This document shows positions 24,356-36,703 of a stretch of 64,000 nt of DNA, in pieces (position 1 is the stretch's first letter; each line of letters starts with the position of its first letter). The DNA lies in contig NC_087258.1 of NCBI RefSeq assembly GCF_037042905.1, forward strand, positions 13,516,001 to 13,580,000. The letters run 5' to 3'. The stretch is from Lytechinus pictus (taxonomy: Eukaryota). Below the pieces are notes generated by a model. It had not been told where the DNA came from and did no database searches. It saw nothing but the letters and a program-made list of their open reading frames with translations. The position numbers and the translations under genes are program-made.

Positions 24356-25467
24356 ATGTATTCATTGCCTCTGAAATTTGGCATTTACACTTAGTTAAAG
24401 TTTTGGTTTATAAGCTGTTAATATTAATGAAGCTTTCTATGAAATATTGGACAACTGTAATTGTTAGTGAATTTATCTTGGTAATGGATTATCAATGCAT
24501 CCATGGAATATTATAGTGTACAATCTATTGAACAATATATTGGAATGGATTATATGTACGACAAATATAAAATTATCCCGAGTGTAGGTTTATTTCACTG
24601 AGGCTGAAGGCTGAGGTGAAATAGACCTTCATGAGGGATAATTTTATATTTGGAGTTCATATAGTCCAGTGATATTGTATGATAGAACATTCACTATTTA
24701 TTATAGTACACTGTAAATTGTACACCGCCTTCTTAGCTTGTTGTACGTGAGAAAATGGGAGGCTGAATGTCAAACATTTGTACCACTGCACATGTACCAT
24801 CCAAAATGTACCGTCCATAATGTACCTTACATGTACATGGGTCTGGAAAAGATGACGACACTATGAAAATTAAGATTCAACGCATTGCATAGTTGCATTT
24901 GCTTAGTAAATGCAGACGTGCAGGGCTTACTGGCTAAATGCGCATTGCCATTAATCAATATTCTCCCCATTCATTTAACACGGGTTTTACCCTCCAAAAA
25001 TCAAAAGTTATATTGTACATATGTACAATATAACTTTTTGAAGGGAGGTCACGTGGTACCAATCTAGCCTATCACAGCTTGTATTTTACTACCACTATTT
25101 ACTGTAATAATTTAATATATATTTCCATCAGTCATGTTATGTTTGCAAACTTTAAATGAGTTTTATGAATATAGTCATGTGGTCTGCGTATAGTATATGT
25201 ATGGTAACTGTCCTTGTTTTTCAGTTCAGTTTCAGTTCAGTTATTTAGTAATTCCATATAAAATACACAAATTTACATGCCGAGGAAGGTAATGCTCACA
25301 TTTCTACATGTACATGGTATATACAAATAATATTTTTGACATTAACATAATAAAGGAATTTAGGGAAAAGCAAAAAAAAAAAAAAGCTTGTCGAGTCTGC
25401 TACCCTAGTGGGTTTTTTTTTTAAAGAAAAAAAGTGCCTTGAAATTTGATGAATTCCCTAAATGTAC

Positions 25468-25707
25468 TTAGCCAGCACAGCTATATATATTTTGTATAAA
25501 AGATCTATACATATTTTATGCCATTCTTATCATCAAAAAGCAATGTTTTTAACTCGAAAATGGGGTCATCATTTGTGTACATGTATGCAGTTTTTGTAAG
25601 CCTCCCAAATGCTTTGCACCATATATTTCAATCTTGATGATAATAATGGCATAAAATATGTACATAGAAGATCTTTTATACAAAATATATATAGCTGTGC
25701 TGGCTAA
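25468..25707. repeat. Inverted duplication with ~70-bp arms
   Basis: TTAGCCAGCACAGCTATATATATTTTGTATAAAAGATC... is mirrored at 25635-25707. Confidence 0.85.
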
Positions 25708-28398
25708 TACATGTAGCTCTTTTGCTACTTGATTCTAAAAAGCAATGTTTTAACTCAGCAGATATAAAGTACATGTATGTATTTAGCGATGGAGAGCTTC
25801 TTGAAATTGTTTAGATGATCATGAGAGATGAGTTTATTAGAATTAATTTTCAAAATGATTTTGTTTTCAGATAACTTGCAATAACCTTAAAAGCTTTGTT
25901 AGGATATTGTTTATGAGCATAGACCTTCTGAATCATGTAGATAATTTGAATTAAGTTAAGTTTGAAATCCTTTCACGGTACTTGGTTTTCTAATTTTATA
26001 ATTTTACCTCATTTCCCCTATATGGAAAAGAAATTCCCTTTTTAGTAGGTTGAGCAAAATCACCCCCTTTTCAGTTCAAAACCTCTGCTTTATTCAACTT
26101 CAATCTTCGCTAGATTTGCATGTTGTGCAGCGAAATGGGGTATGTATTTTTTATGGATTTTATTAAAGATTGGAGAGCCAAAATTATTAGGCCAGTGTAC
26201 ATTTACATTAATTTTATTTATTTTTCGTTTTGCCAGTTAGAAATATCACTTCAATAATTTTTTTTACCTTGCATATTTTGACTTTCATTACTTATTTGAC
26301 TGCATATTCATAAATTTTTCAGCCATTCCAAGTTGATACCGCTCGAGTCTTTCATGAAGTTTTTAATACTATTTCTTTAAGTAAATCATGCTTACTCAAT
26401 TAGTAACAATGTACTTATATATATTTGAAAAAACAATGTCAAGTGCCAATTTCTATTGAGGCATATACTGAAAGATTGGTTGCTAAATTCTGTATTGATC
26501 AAATAGTGTATAATTCTGTATGTTTGGCTATTTTTCTGTAAATTCATGCTGACAATTTCTGCAGTCGCCTCTGTTAAAAAAGACATATTTAATTAAAGTT
26601 CTTTGGATAAAAGAATTCAAGTTTTCATTAATGTAGTTTCTTCTGAGTTTTAAATCATGCTTCTGTTGTGAAAGAGAGTAAACATAACTTGAATGGAGAT
26701 AAGAAAAATGTATAGGGAGGTAAATTCAATTATTCAAATCTTTTTATAAAGGTCACCTAAGGGAGACAAGAAAAACAATTTTTATGAGGAGTTGAGAGAC
26801 AGTTTATTATTTATAATACAGTTGTGTTGCAAAACTTGCGATAGGGCATATGTCCATGAATTGGGAAAATATATCCAATTAAAATAATTTTTTGGTCTGT
26901 AAAGACAAACGGTCCTATACAAGCGGGGGGGGGGGTGCCCACCCCTTTTAGTAGTGAAAAAGTAGGGAATATAACATTGGGTAGGGAAAAGTAGGGAATA
27001 TAACATTATGCACTACATTGTATACTTGTCTGATCATGTAGAATTCCAATGCATATTTATGACAGATTGTGAAACAACAATACATGTCACTGTATTGCAA
27101 TAGTTCAATAACATTTTCTTTACGTCTCTAGCGATTTCGCATCCCCGTTAAGGGATTATGTTTTACGTCATAAATTCCATTTCTTTTTTTAAATTTGGAA
27201 AATTAGTGTATGCGTTCTGCCATCTGATCTGTTTGGTCTGGAACTCGACAATATGTTAAAGAGTGCCCTCATCTTACTCATGTTGGTAAGGAAAAGCAAG
27301 GGTTGCTTCGGCGAAATACCCGAAAATATCCCCCCCCCCCCTTTCCTTTGGGCCAACACTTTTTAATGGATTGCTTACTTCATTTTATAGGAGAATATTG
27401 TAAATTTTGATATTTTCAAAATATATGTATTTAGTCCTAAAAATTCTAAACTACACCTTTTAATTTAGTTGGTTAGTTGGCTTATAATAATGAAATAAAC
27501 ACTATGTAAACAAAATGGATAATTCCATTTTCTTCTACCATGCCAATTTTGAAAGGTCCCGATACCAAAATAAACAGAATATTGCTCTCTGACGAACCTC
27601 TCCCCCCCCCCCCACAAACAGAAAGAAAGAGAGAGCAAGGGAGAGTGGGAGAAAGAGAGAAAAAGGGGGATGAGAAAGTTGGTTGAAAGACGGAGAGAAA
27701 AGGGGGAAGCAGAACAGTGGGCTGCGAGAATGGAGGAAAAGGGAGGAACCAAGGAGGATTGTGAGAGGGGGAAGGGGCGAACGGAAGAAATAAAAATGGA
27801 GGAAGAAAGACTGATAATCATGACGAAGCAAATACAGTTGTTGACGTCGACATAAGGAAAAGGCGAATTTGATAAGTTTACTTTTCCTGAAGCGGAGATT
27901 GTATCATGTTGTATGTATAATGTCTCGTATAATATAGCCGAGAGAAGTGATTATTTGTCTCAACTGAAACCAAAAGGTGATTATTTGTTTTATATTCCGC
28001 ATCAGAAAAACTACACACAGGGAGCATATAAGTCTAAAAAAACTGACAACCGCAAACTGATAAATGGGTTGCATTTTGTCCTACATATTGGACAAATAAA
28101 AAATGTCCACTAATAACTGAAAAACGTTTGGTCTCCAAAAAAAAATGTCATCAAATGAAGGCATATTATGTTCTTTTCTTTTCACTTTTTGGGGGTGCGA
28201 AAAGCAGAAAATCGCTTGTTTGATTGGTAAAATCTATTTATCACGTGATTCGGTTTTTCAACAATCAAATAGCAACATTCGACGCATGTTGAATATAATT
28301 ACAAATAACTGTATCCATAATCGTAGTACATAAAACTACCCATGATTCAATTACGGAATAATGACGAGATTTGATCCAGATTTTTTTTTTGATAAAAC

Positions 28399-28404
28399 TT
28401 TATT
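28399..28404 (-). promoter_or_regulatory. Candidate polyadenylation signal (AATAAA) for the H2A variant mRNA
   Basis: TTTATT on the plus strand, about 1.7 kb downstream of the stop. A U11 tract precedes it in mRNA sense. No histone stem-loop is seen after the stop. Confidence 0.4.
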
Positions 28405-29399
28405 TAACAGATATTACATACATAACGCAAAAAAAAAAACATCACAACAGTCCCACATGCAACTGAGAACAAGAAACAAAAATACTATCACTACCTATCA
28501 TGAATATTAATTATCTACAGAAAACGGGAGTGATATCTAGAAGAAAGTTGATATTTTTAAATATATGACGCCTAAATGTCTGAAGTATGTGTTTAAAACG
28601 TTCACTCCCGTAAACCAAAATCGTTAAAAATGCAATATGAATAAAATTTTCTTGACTTACTCTAAACATATTTAACAGATCAAAGCCATTTTGTCGACAA
28701 CTGTGTTTGGAGATTGGAACATCGTACACAGCCGAAAACTAATCAAATGAATGCAAGAATTGTTCTCTGAAATGGCAATTTATACATTATCATACCACTA
28801 TACAGTATTTCAATCAGAAATGGTAAAATGTTTGGCAAAGTATGCATTTTCATCTGAAATCGTGCACACAGTTTCAGTATTTCGCAACTTTGACAGGCTT
28901 TCTTGGTCAAAGCGCGATAATTCTGAGATGTTAAGATGATTTCTTCATTATGATCATTGTAAACTCGCTCCCACCGACGAGATTCTGAACCCATTATCAT
29001 GAGAGTTGTGATCGACTCGGATCAATTGCAACGCTGTGATTAATCTCAAATGTATATTTTACGTAAGATCAATCTCGTAATACAGGGCCGATTTATGAGC
29101 AATAACTATGTCTTTTTAGATATTTGTTTCGAGCCTGTCGAGACAATAATCATGGAAAGCTAGAAACCTTAACGGTTCGCGATGCAGTTACTTGTTGGGA
29201 TATCACAGGTTACCCAACAAATTTAAAGTCTCCCGAATCGTGTGAACCAAAATGCTACTCGGCGTCTTAAGAAGAAGGCTTCCCTTTCGAGGTGGTGGCA
29301 AAGTAGTGTCGTGAGGTGGTGGCAAAGTAGTGTCATGAGTGTGTCGAAAGGATGCCGAGAAGACGAGAGTCTGTCGAGATAGTTTTCCGAGCGTGCCCA

Positions 29400-29930
29400 A
29401 ACGGTGCTGAAAATATGACGAGGGATTAACAACGACAGGCGTCAACATGGTCAAGAGGTACTGAGAAGACGAAAGCTATCTAGAAAATGGCGAATGCTGA
29501 AGATGTTGCCGAAAAGATGACAAAAGACGAGGGATAGCGAAAGATTAAAGAGATGACGAAAGAACGATGCGTTTCTAACCGGATGATAATAGGCGTGTAG
29601 AGATACACAAGATTTCGAAAATTATCGAGAGGATGACGAATGCCGAAGATGGTGCCGAAAAAGATGACGAAAGACATCGATGGCAAGCAAGAGTGACGAG
29701 ATGATGACGAAAGAACGGTGTGTTTCTAACCTGATGAAGGCAGACGTCACAAGGTACTGAGAAGATGACGAAAGTTATCGCGAGGATGACGAATACCAAG
29801 AATGGTGACGTAAATATGACGAATGAAAACGAGGGCTAGCGAAGAAGTGACGATGTGGTGGCGGAAGAAGGCCGGAGAGTTTCTAAACGGATGAGGGGCA
29901 AACATCTAGAGATGCTGAGAAGATGAATAT
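29400..29930. repeat. Degenerate ~150-bp tandem repeat downstream of the H2A stop
   Basis: Anchor GTTTCTAA.C.GATGA at about 29570, 29722 and 29879; GGTACTGAGAAGA at about 29457 and 29753; many GATGACGAA cores. Confidence 0.75.
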
Positions 29931-30082
29931 GACTCCGCAATGATGTGCCGATGGGTGAAAAGTGTGGACGAGCCGCCTACAATAGCGTGCCAACAGGTTG
30001 ACGAAGTATACCGAAATGTTCCGAGCATGCCATGCCGAGCAGTGCCGAGGGGATGCCGGAAGGGTGACGGTGGTCAATGCAG

Positions 30083-30172
30083 CTAGTACTCCATACTCGG
30101 TCCAGTCTGCTTCGCTGCTTTTCCGCTCTTCTTCGGAAGGAGTACTGCCTGAATGTTGGGCATCACTCCACC
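30083..30172 (-). CDS. Histone H2A variant, exon 3 (C-terminus ...SMEY)
   Basis: CTCTCTAG acceptor. GGVMPNIQAVLLPKKSGKAAKQTGPSMEY then TAG. Total 133 aa. Confidence 0.92.
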   Translation of the reverse strand, partial: GGVMPNIQAVLLPKKSGKAAKQTGPSMEY

Positions 30173-30722
30173 CTAGAGAGGAAAATACAAAACGGAAATT
30201 AGTTTCAACAATTTATAAATAAGCATTGCACTTTGAAACATTTTTTTTTATCTTCGTGAAACAGTATTTACATAGTTAAAGCAAATAAATGGAAAGATAG
30301 ATTTCACATTCAAACTCGCTGATTTTCAGCTTATTACTAATATCGAGAGCAGGGGCTTTGGGAGCGGAGGTTGGGGGCTTCAACCCCCGCCCCCTACACA
30401 CACACACACACACATACACCCTCACACATATACGTACCCCTTGTTGTTGTTTTCAATAAGAGTGTAGAAAAACGTTAAAAAAAATATCCCATCTCATTGC
30501 AATCCCATTGGCATACATCGTCCTGCGATATAAAATAGTCTGTAGACTGTAATGTACAGATGTCATCATTTTGACCAATCAGGATGCTCGCCTTGTTTTC
30601 AAAGGTAATACGTGTACAGTTCAAATAAAAAAATCATGACATCACTGACTTTCCATAATAGGAACTATTCTTGAAAATTCGCGACTCTTTATTTAAACAT
30701 GTGAGGTCATTAGGATACATAC

Positions 30723-30925
30723 CGATGCGATAGTGACATTATTCAAGAGTTTGTTGAGTTCTTCGTCATTCCTGATTGCCAACTGGAGATGTCTCGGGAT
30801 TATTCGAGATTTCTTATTGTCCCGGGCTGCATTCCCGGCAAGCTCCAGGATTTCTGCCGAGAGGTACTCGAGTATAGCAGCTAGGTATACAGCCGCTCCT
30901 CCACCAATCCTATGAGCATACTGGC
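30723..30925 (-). CDS. Histone H2A variant, exon 2
   Basis: (G)[73 protein letters not shown] acceptor, GTATGT donor. Confidence 0.95.
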
Positions 30926-31816
30926 CTGAAAGAAAAGTTAGATTTATGAAAGTATGTTGACAATGAGGATGCAAATCACATGGGAGTAATTCGTGTCTCG
31001 TACGGTTGTGAAACATTTTCTATAAAGGCATATATTTGGCAGTAGAAAAGAAATGAATTATGAAATAGTCTAATTCTATGGCCCTTTGGCGATAGAAACT
31101 ACTCCCCTCAAATCCCCAACATAGAGACAAACAGGTCAACCCCCTCCCCGGGCCAGTCAAATTCATTATCGATGTTGGTTGCTACTAAAGTAGGTTGGTG
31201 AGGGGGTGGGGGTTAACAAATGCTTTCTTCCCTATTATTGTCCTTTTAAAACAAAATTCCTGAATACGGCAATGGACTTGCGTTGACGTTCTACGAGTTA
31301 TAGAAGATACCAATTAAATCTTCACTTTTTTTTCTTTTCCCCACTTTTTCCTGTGGCCTGTATCCCTCTCCCTCCATCACTTTCATCTCCATCCCTCCTT
31401 CTTGCCTCCCTTCGCCCCACCCCCCCCCCCTCTTTCCTCTTATTTCTTCTCTTACATACCATCTGACAATTTAGTTTTAAACTCATATTCCACAACCTTC
31501 TTACATTTTTACCCAAAAATATCCAAATATGAAACCTACAGATTACCTTGTTACTCTTTAAATAGAAACACGCACTTCAATGTAGCCTTGTTCACATTCC
31601 GTGCAAATATTTGGTATTATAAAGTAATCACCTTTTCCAGTTTCATATTTGAAGTTTCCATCGAAAATATTTTTTTCAAATTAAAACCCTGGTATAAGCA
31701 TTTTTTTGGGGCACAGTTCCTGACCCCGCAATTTCAATATATCACTTGGAATCTCTTAATGTAATCGTGCACATGGTGTAGGTGAAATCAATACATATGA
31801 TTCTCATTTATCTAAC

Positions 31817-31925
31817 CTTTTCTGAGGAACCGATGAATTCTACCGACAGGGAACTGAAGACCAGCCCGGGAGCTGCGGGTGACTGACTTGGTAGACTTTG
31901 GCTTGCCTTTCCCGCGTCCACTCAT
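31817..31925 (-). CDS. Histone H2A variant (intron-containing, H2A.X-like / cleavage-stage-like), exon 1
   Basis: [36 protein letters not shown], then a G|GTTAGA donor, phase 1. Confidence 0.93.
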
Positions 31926-33028
31926 AGTGCTGAAAGAAATTCCCGCCAAAATTTAACAAAGATGCTGAGAAGTTGTCCGTCTGCTCTGCCCAGGAACTTT
32001 TCACTGAATGAAGAAATTAGTTGTGGTTACCTAAGTATTGGAATGATTTTTTTTTTCGTCTTCTTCAAGTATGCAGAATTTTTATCGGGGTTACGGTCGG
32101 AGAATAATTTAAGATTTGGGTGTGGCCGAGAGCTTGAAGCGGTTTAATACATTGAAGGACTGTGAACGGCACTGACTCGTATGGATATTTAATTTTCGTG
32201 GTACAGTCAAGAGCAGGGGAAGTGTTTAACGCTTGTACAACAAAGCAAGAATAAGATTGGCGTCACAGATGCATCGAATAGTTTAATTGACACTGATCAA
32301 GCGAGTGTCATTCTTAGAATGCCTTGTATTGTTGTGACATGAAAGTTTCTTTTCGTTTCGGGAAAGGCATCTGAAAATGCTTGTTAACTGATTGTGTTAT
32401 GTCATGTGCATGCAACGAAGAAAGTATTGAAGATTGCCCATTGGAACCGTTTTGTGTTTAGTTCAAATTCAAGGCATGCAGGTATCTTGGTGAAATGACT
32501 GGATATAACGTTCCGTTCACCTGTCAAGAACGTAAATTTACCACATTACATGTAATGCACTAGTGATTACCATAAAGGGGAGACGCCCGGGTATTTTGAT
32601 ATGGTGATGCGGAGGGGGGGGGGGGGGGTGAGACAGACCTCGAGGTGACGGGGGTGACGTCCTATAATATTAGTCCCAATAGCTTGGATTGGATATATCC
32701 GTGGATCAGGGTTCGATTCCCGGCACGGCATATGCCTTGAGCAAGGCATTTTATCCCCATTGTTGTTTTATCGTACACCACATAATAAATGAAAATGCTA
32801 TATGCATTATGAATACCAATGTGTGGACTTGGTTTATTAAAAAAAACTATATGGAGTTACCTCTTTATCAAGTTTGTGAAAATCGTCTCTTTTCATTCCC
32901 CACAAATCTGATATAGGTAATGGAACTAGATAGTCATATCCCCAAAGTGGCTCATAAAACAATTAATGTGCTGTGGATTGGACATCTTTCATAAATTATC
33001 CTTCATGCTCTGTGATCATCTTTTACAG

Positions 33029-33203
33029 GTCTATAGCGTATGTCTGGATAACAACGTCTGTGTCGTGTTTCACAAACTGCGAGCTTGGAGCCAGTAGTAG
33101 CTCCACGCTGCGAGTATCACAAGCCCAATAATGTCACAGCGATGGATGTGGTATGCGCCCTCAAGCGGCAAGGAAGAACACTCTCGATCTTGGCGGATAT
33201 TGA
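33029..33203 (+). pseudogene. Decayed histone H4 pseudogene (3' exon)
   Basis: After a TTTTACAG acceptor, one frame reads (G)L*RMSG*...[33 protein letters not shown], versus H4 GVKRISGL...[36 protein letters not shown]. Two in-frame stops and a frameshifted GFGG end. Confidence 0.85.
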
Positions 33204-33603
33204 TGGCACAATTAGGGTGAATCTGTATCGCTCATATCGTCATAGCAACGTGAATGCGTCCATAGTAACGTGGCTGTTTGACCAAGGACCATACATATGA
33301 AGTAATATATTGCATTATTTGTTCTTATCAAAATACCAACGTAATTACAATTACTCGTCTCAGTCATGAACATGATGATATATATATATATATATTATAT
33401 ATGTGTGTGTATATATATATATATAAATGTGTAAAATTATACATGTACAACAGCTTTGGCATCTCTTTTTATTTAAATATTTTGTGGCAGAGATTCCTGG
33501 CAGAGACATTTTTCGGCATTACCAATTTTTCCAAAGGGCAGATAGCTCTGGGGAACCTTGATTTAGGCTACGCCTACCATTGTTCTCTTCATCCATTTCT
33601 TTC

Positions 33604-33607
<4 letters not shown>

Positions 33608-33680
<73 letters not shown>
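33608..33680. repeat. (TA)n microsatellite
   Basis: More than 30 uninterrupted TA units. Confidence 0.95.
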
Positions 33681-33681
<1 letters not shown>

Positions 33682-34965
33682 CATACATGTATATACTCCT
33701 TTGTTTTAGTAAATCGACGAAATATAACCTAAAAATCCCTTGCTTCATCTTCACCCCTGATATCTTATTCATTCATTTGAGTAAATCATTTCCCAAGCTT
33801 TTTGGGGGTCTGTATTTTCTCTAGTTTTCTATCTCTATCTTAATGCAATTTGAACCTCATTTAGCGACCCCCGCCCCCGAAAAAAGTGATAAAAAGTGGG
33901 AAAGAAAAGGGTAAAATATCATATTCTATTTTAAATAGTATATCAAAATATATCACAAAATTAGATACTTATTTTTAAGATGTCCAAAGTTTTTGCGTGT
34001 GTTTAAATCAGTAATAAATAAATATATGATAGCATTGTCTTCAGTTGATATTATATGTAGTTTGTTTGCGAGACTGTTGTGGCCGTTACTTGAATGTAAT
34101 AATTTCAAATTCAGTTTTATTTCTATCAGAACATAAAGTATCGGACAAATTATTTTCATACATTTATAACAAACATTTACAATACGAATCGTTGTCGTAT
34201 ATACAGTACATTGTGATTATATTTAATGACATAAATGATAATTATATAATTGTAATTCCATGACATGGCTACTGGTTGCTTCATTAATCACTAGTTCGTG
34301 GTCATTTAATTCAATTTCAATTTGGATGTGATCTCTGTTATTCGATACGTGGATCGTATATCCAAGTACAATAATATTATAGAAGTTCCTTGTTTTACAC
34401 TTTGCGAGATATTTTCATGTCATTGTTTATCCATCCTATGCCAGGACATAGCACTATAATAATTGTATAGCTGATATTGGCATGGTATCTCTTCAGACCT
34501 ATGTTTAATTTTTCAATATGTAAATAAAATTGTATGGCCGAAAGTCCATTACATTTTCACAGCATTATGTTACATGTCGGTAAGGTTTTTTTTTTTCGAT
34601 ATTGTTCTGTTGACGAGAGCTTGAATGGCACTGCGTTTGCTTCTCAGATTTCATCATGTCGCTATGACAACTCCCCCCTCTCTCCCTTTCTCTTGCTCTT
34701 TCACTTCCCTGTTCTCTGTCTCTTTCCTTTTCTCTGTATCTGGCTTGACACAGGCAGAGCTTTTGGCATATATTCTTTACTCTAGACCTGTTACTGGTCA
34801 AAAGTGTAAAATATGACTCTGCACTTGCAGACTAGTGAAGATATATTGAAGATATCTTGATTTCATATGTAAAATGTATATTCTCCACCAATACACTGAA
34901 TGTATGACAAGACTGAGGTGCGCGGTGGTGGAAATCATAAAGATTATGATGAGTAGGAGGAAGAG

Positions 34966-35151
34966 NNNNNNNNNNNNNNNNNNNNNNNNNNNNNNNNNNN
35001 NNNNNNNNNNNNNNNNNNNNNNNNNNNNNNNNNNNNNNNNNNNNNNNNNNNNNNNNNNNNNNNNNNNNNNNNNNNNNNNNNNNNNNNNNNNNNNNNNNNN
35101 NNNNNNNNNNNNNNNNNNNNNNNNNNNNNNNNNNNNNNNNNNNNNNNNNNN
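34966..35151. other. Assembly gap (186 N)
   Basis: Run of N flanked by simple repeats. Confidence 1.
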
Positions 35152-36703
35152 ATGATGGTAGTGGTGTTGGCGGCGGCGGCGGCGGCGGTTTTACGTCAAA
35201 ATTTATCACAGAATTATAGATTTTCATTCTTAAAAGGTCGAAATTCTCTCTCACTCGCGATTTAAAAAAAAATTCCCATATGACCCTTTTTTGCCCTCCC
35301 CCTTTTTTTGCTCACTATCACTGTGTTGGTGTATATCGGTGGTGATGATTTGGATGGTGACAATGGTGAAGCTGAAGGTTGACGACAGTCGTCAATACCT
35401 TTTTAAAGGCTTCTTTTTAATCAATATGGGGAACAGAAAATTAGTTTTACACACCCCATACTCATAGCATGGACCCATGCTCATACAAATGTATAATGAA
35501 GTAGACTCATTATGCCAATTTTGCAAAAAAAAATACAAAAAAAGTCTAGAGTGCCTTTGCAGTACATCTACGTTTAAATATCAAGGACATGGCTGAATAC
35601 TGGGGCTGAATCTGTAATAATCAAAATCGACAGGACAGATAAGTATTATAATAAACTTCCTTAGTTTGCGGCCACGTATGCTGATCGAAGTGATTTACCA
35701 TATATATAAACTTTACAACTTATTTTGGAGGTTCAGAATGACAAAGAATATTGTGTAATACCTCCCCTATACAGGCAATGTGAGAGGCCATGAATAAAAC
35801 GATCAATAGAACCGCCTATTAACCTGCCCATTTTGAAAGAATTTGCTCGGGCTATTGTTCAAAGGGACTGGTGTTTTTAGGGTCAATGGCTAAAACAGAT
35901 CGATAACAATAAGGACTTGATCAAATAGATGAGCTTACTTTTCCTTTTTGTTTCGTCACCCTACGAGCGAACGACCCGAAAGGTGAATGTGAGTCGTATT
36001 TGCTGACTGATGAAGATCTGACGTCACATCGACCACGAGCAAATCGCTAATTACCGCTAAGACTGGACGCTGTCAGCTCATAAAGTGTGTTGGGTCTCCG
36101 TCGCACACACAGAGGCGGATCGAGTCACCTGTATCTGGGGCAAACAATCATTGTCGTCAACGAGTCACGCACGCACTGATCACCTGCGAGGCTTTATCTT
36201 GGTGAAACGGCTTATATATCGAAAGAGAGTGCGCGCGCTGCCGAGATGAGCTACTCCTTACAATGAATGACCATCTTGACCAGTCGTCCTCAGTACTGAC
36301 CACTCGAGCATTATTCCTCCCAGGCACTACTCTATATAGATTCCTGACAGAAGTACGGGAGACGCTCTCCTCATGACTGACTTTAATTATGTGGAATTAA
36401 TTCCTTATCAAAGAGCCATCGGGGGCTTTCACATACTCATTACGTCTATTTTCGTTCTATAACCGCTCTCAATCGACAACTATAGAATATATTCCTTTCT
36501 GAGGCCGAATTCTTTTCATTCGTCGAGGGATGACCATCTTCCCACGTCGGAGGTAGTAGACATAGGTCCTACAACATCAGGATTCTAATCTGAATTTACC
36601 ATCAGGCAAACAATTGTCGAACTGAAAAGTACTCCCTGATTAACATCATAAGGAGGCAGTCCCATCGCAATTGCAGACTGTCGAACATTCACGTTCATCC
36701 GAG

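Noticed and set aside
34832-35254. ORFs spanning the N run
   Set aside because: Assembly-gap artefacts.
36005-36040. CTGATGA followed by a short stem, a possible hammerhead
   Set aside because: The required GAAA core after stem II is missing (GACC instead).
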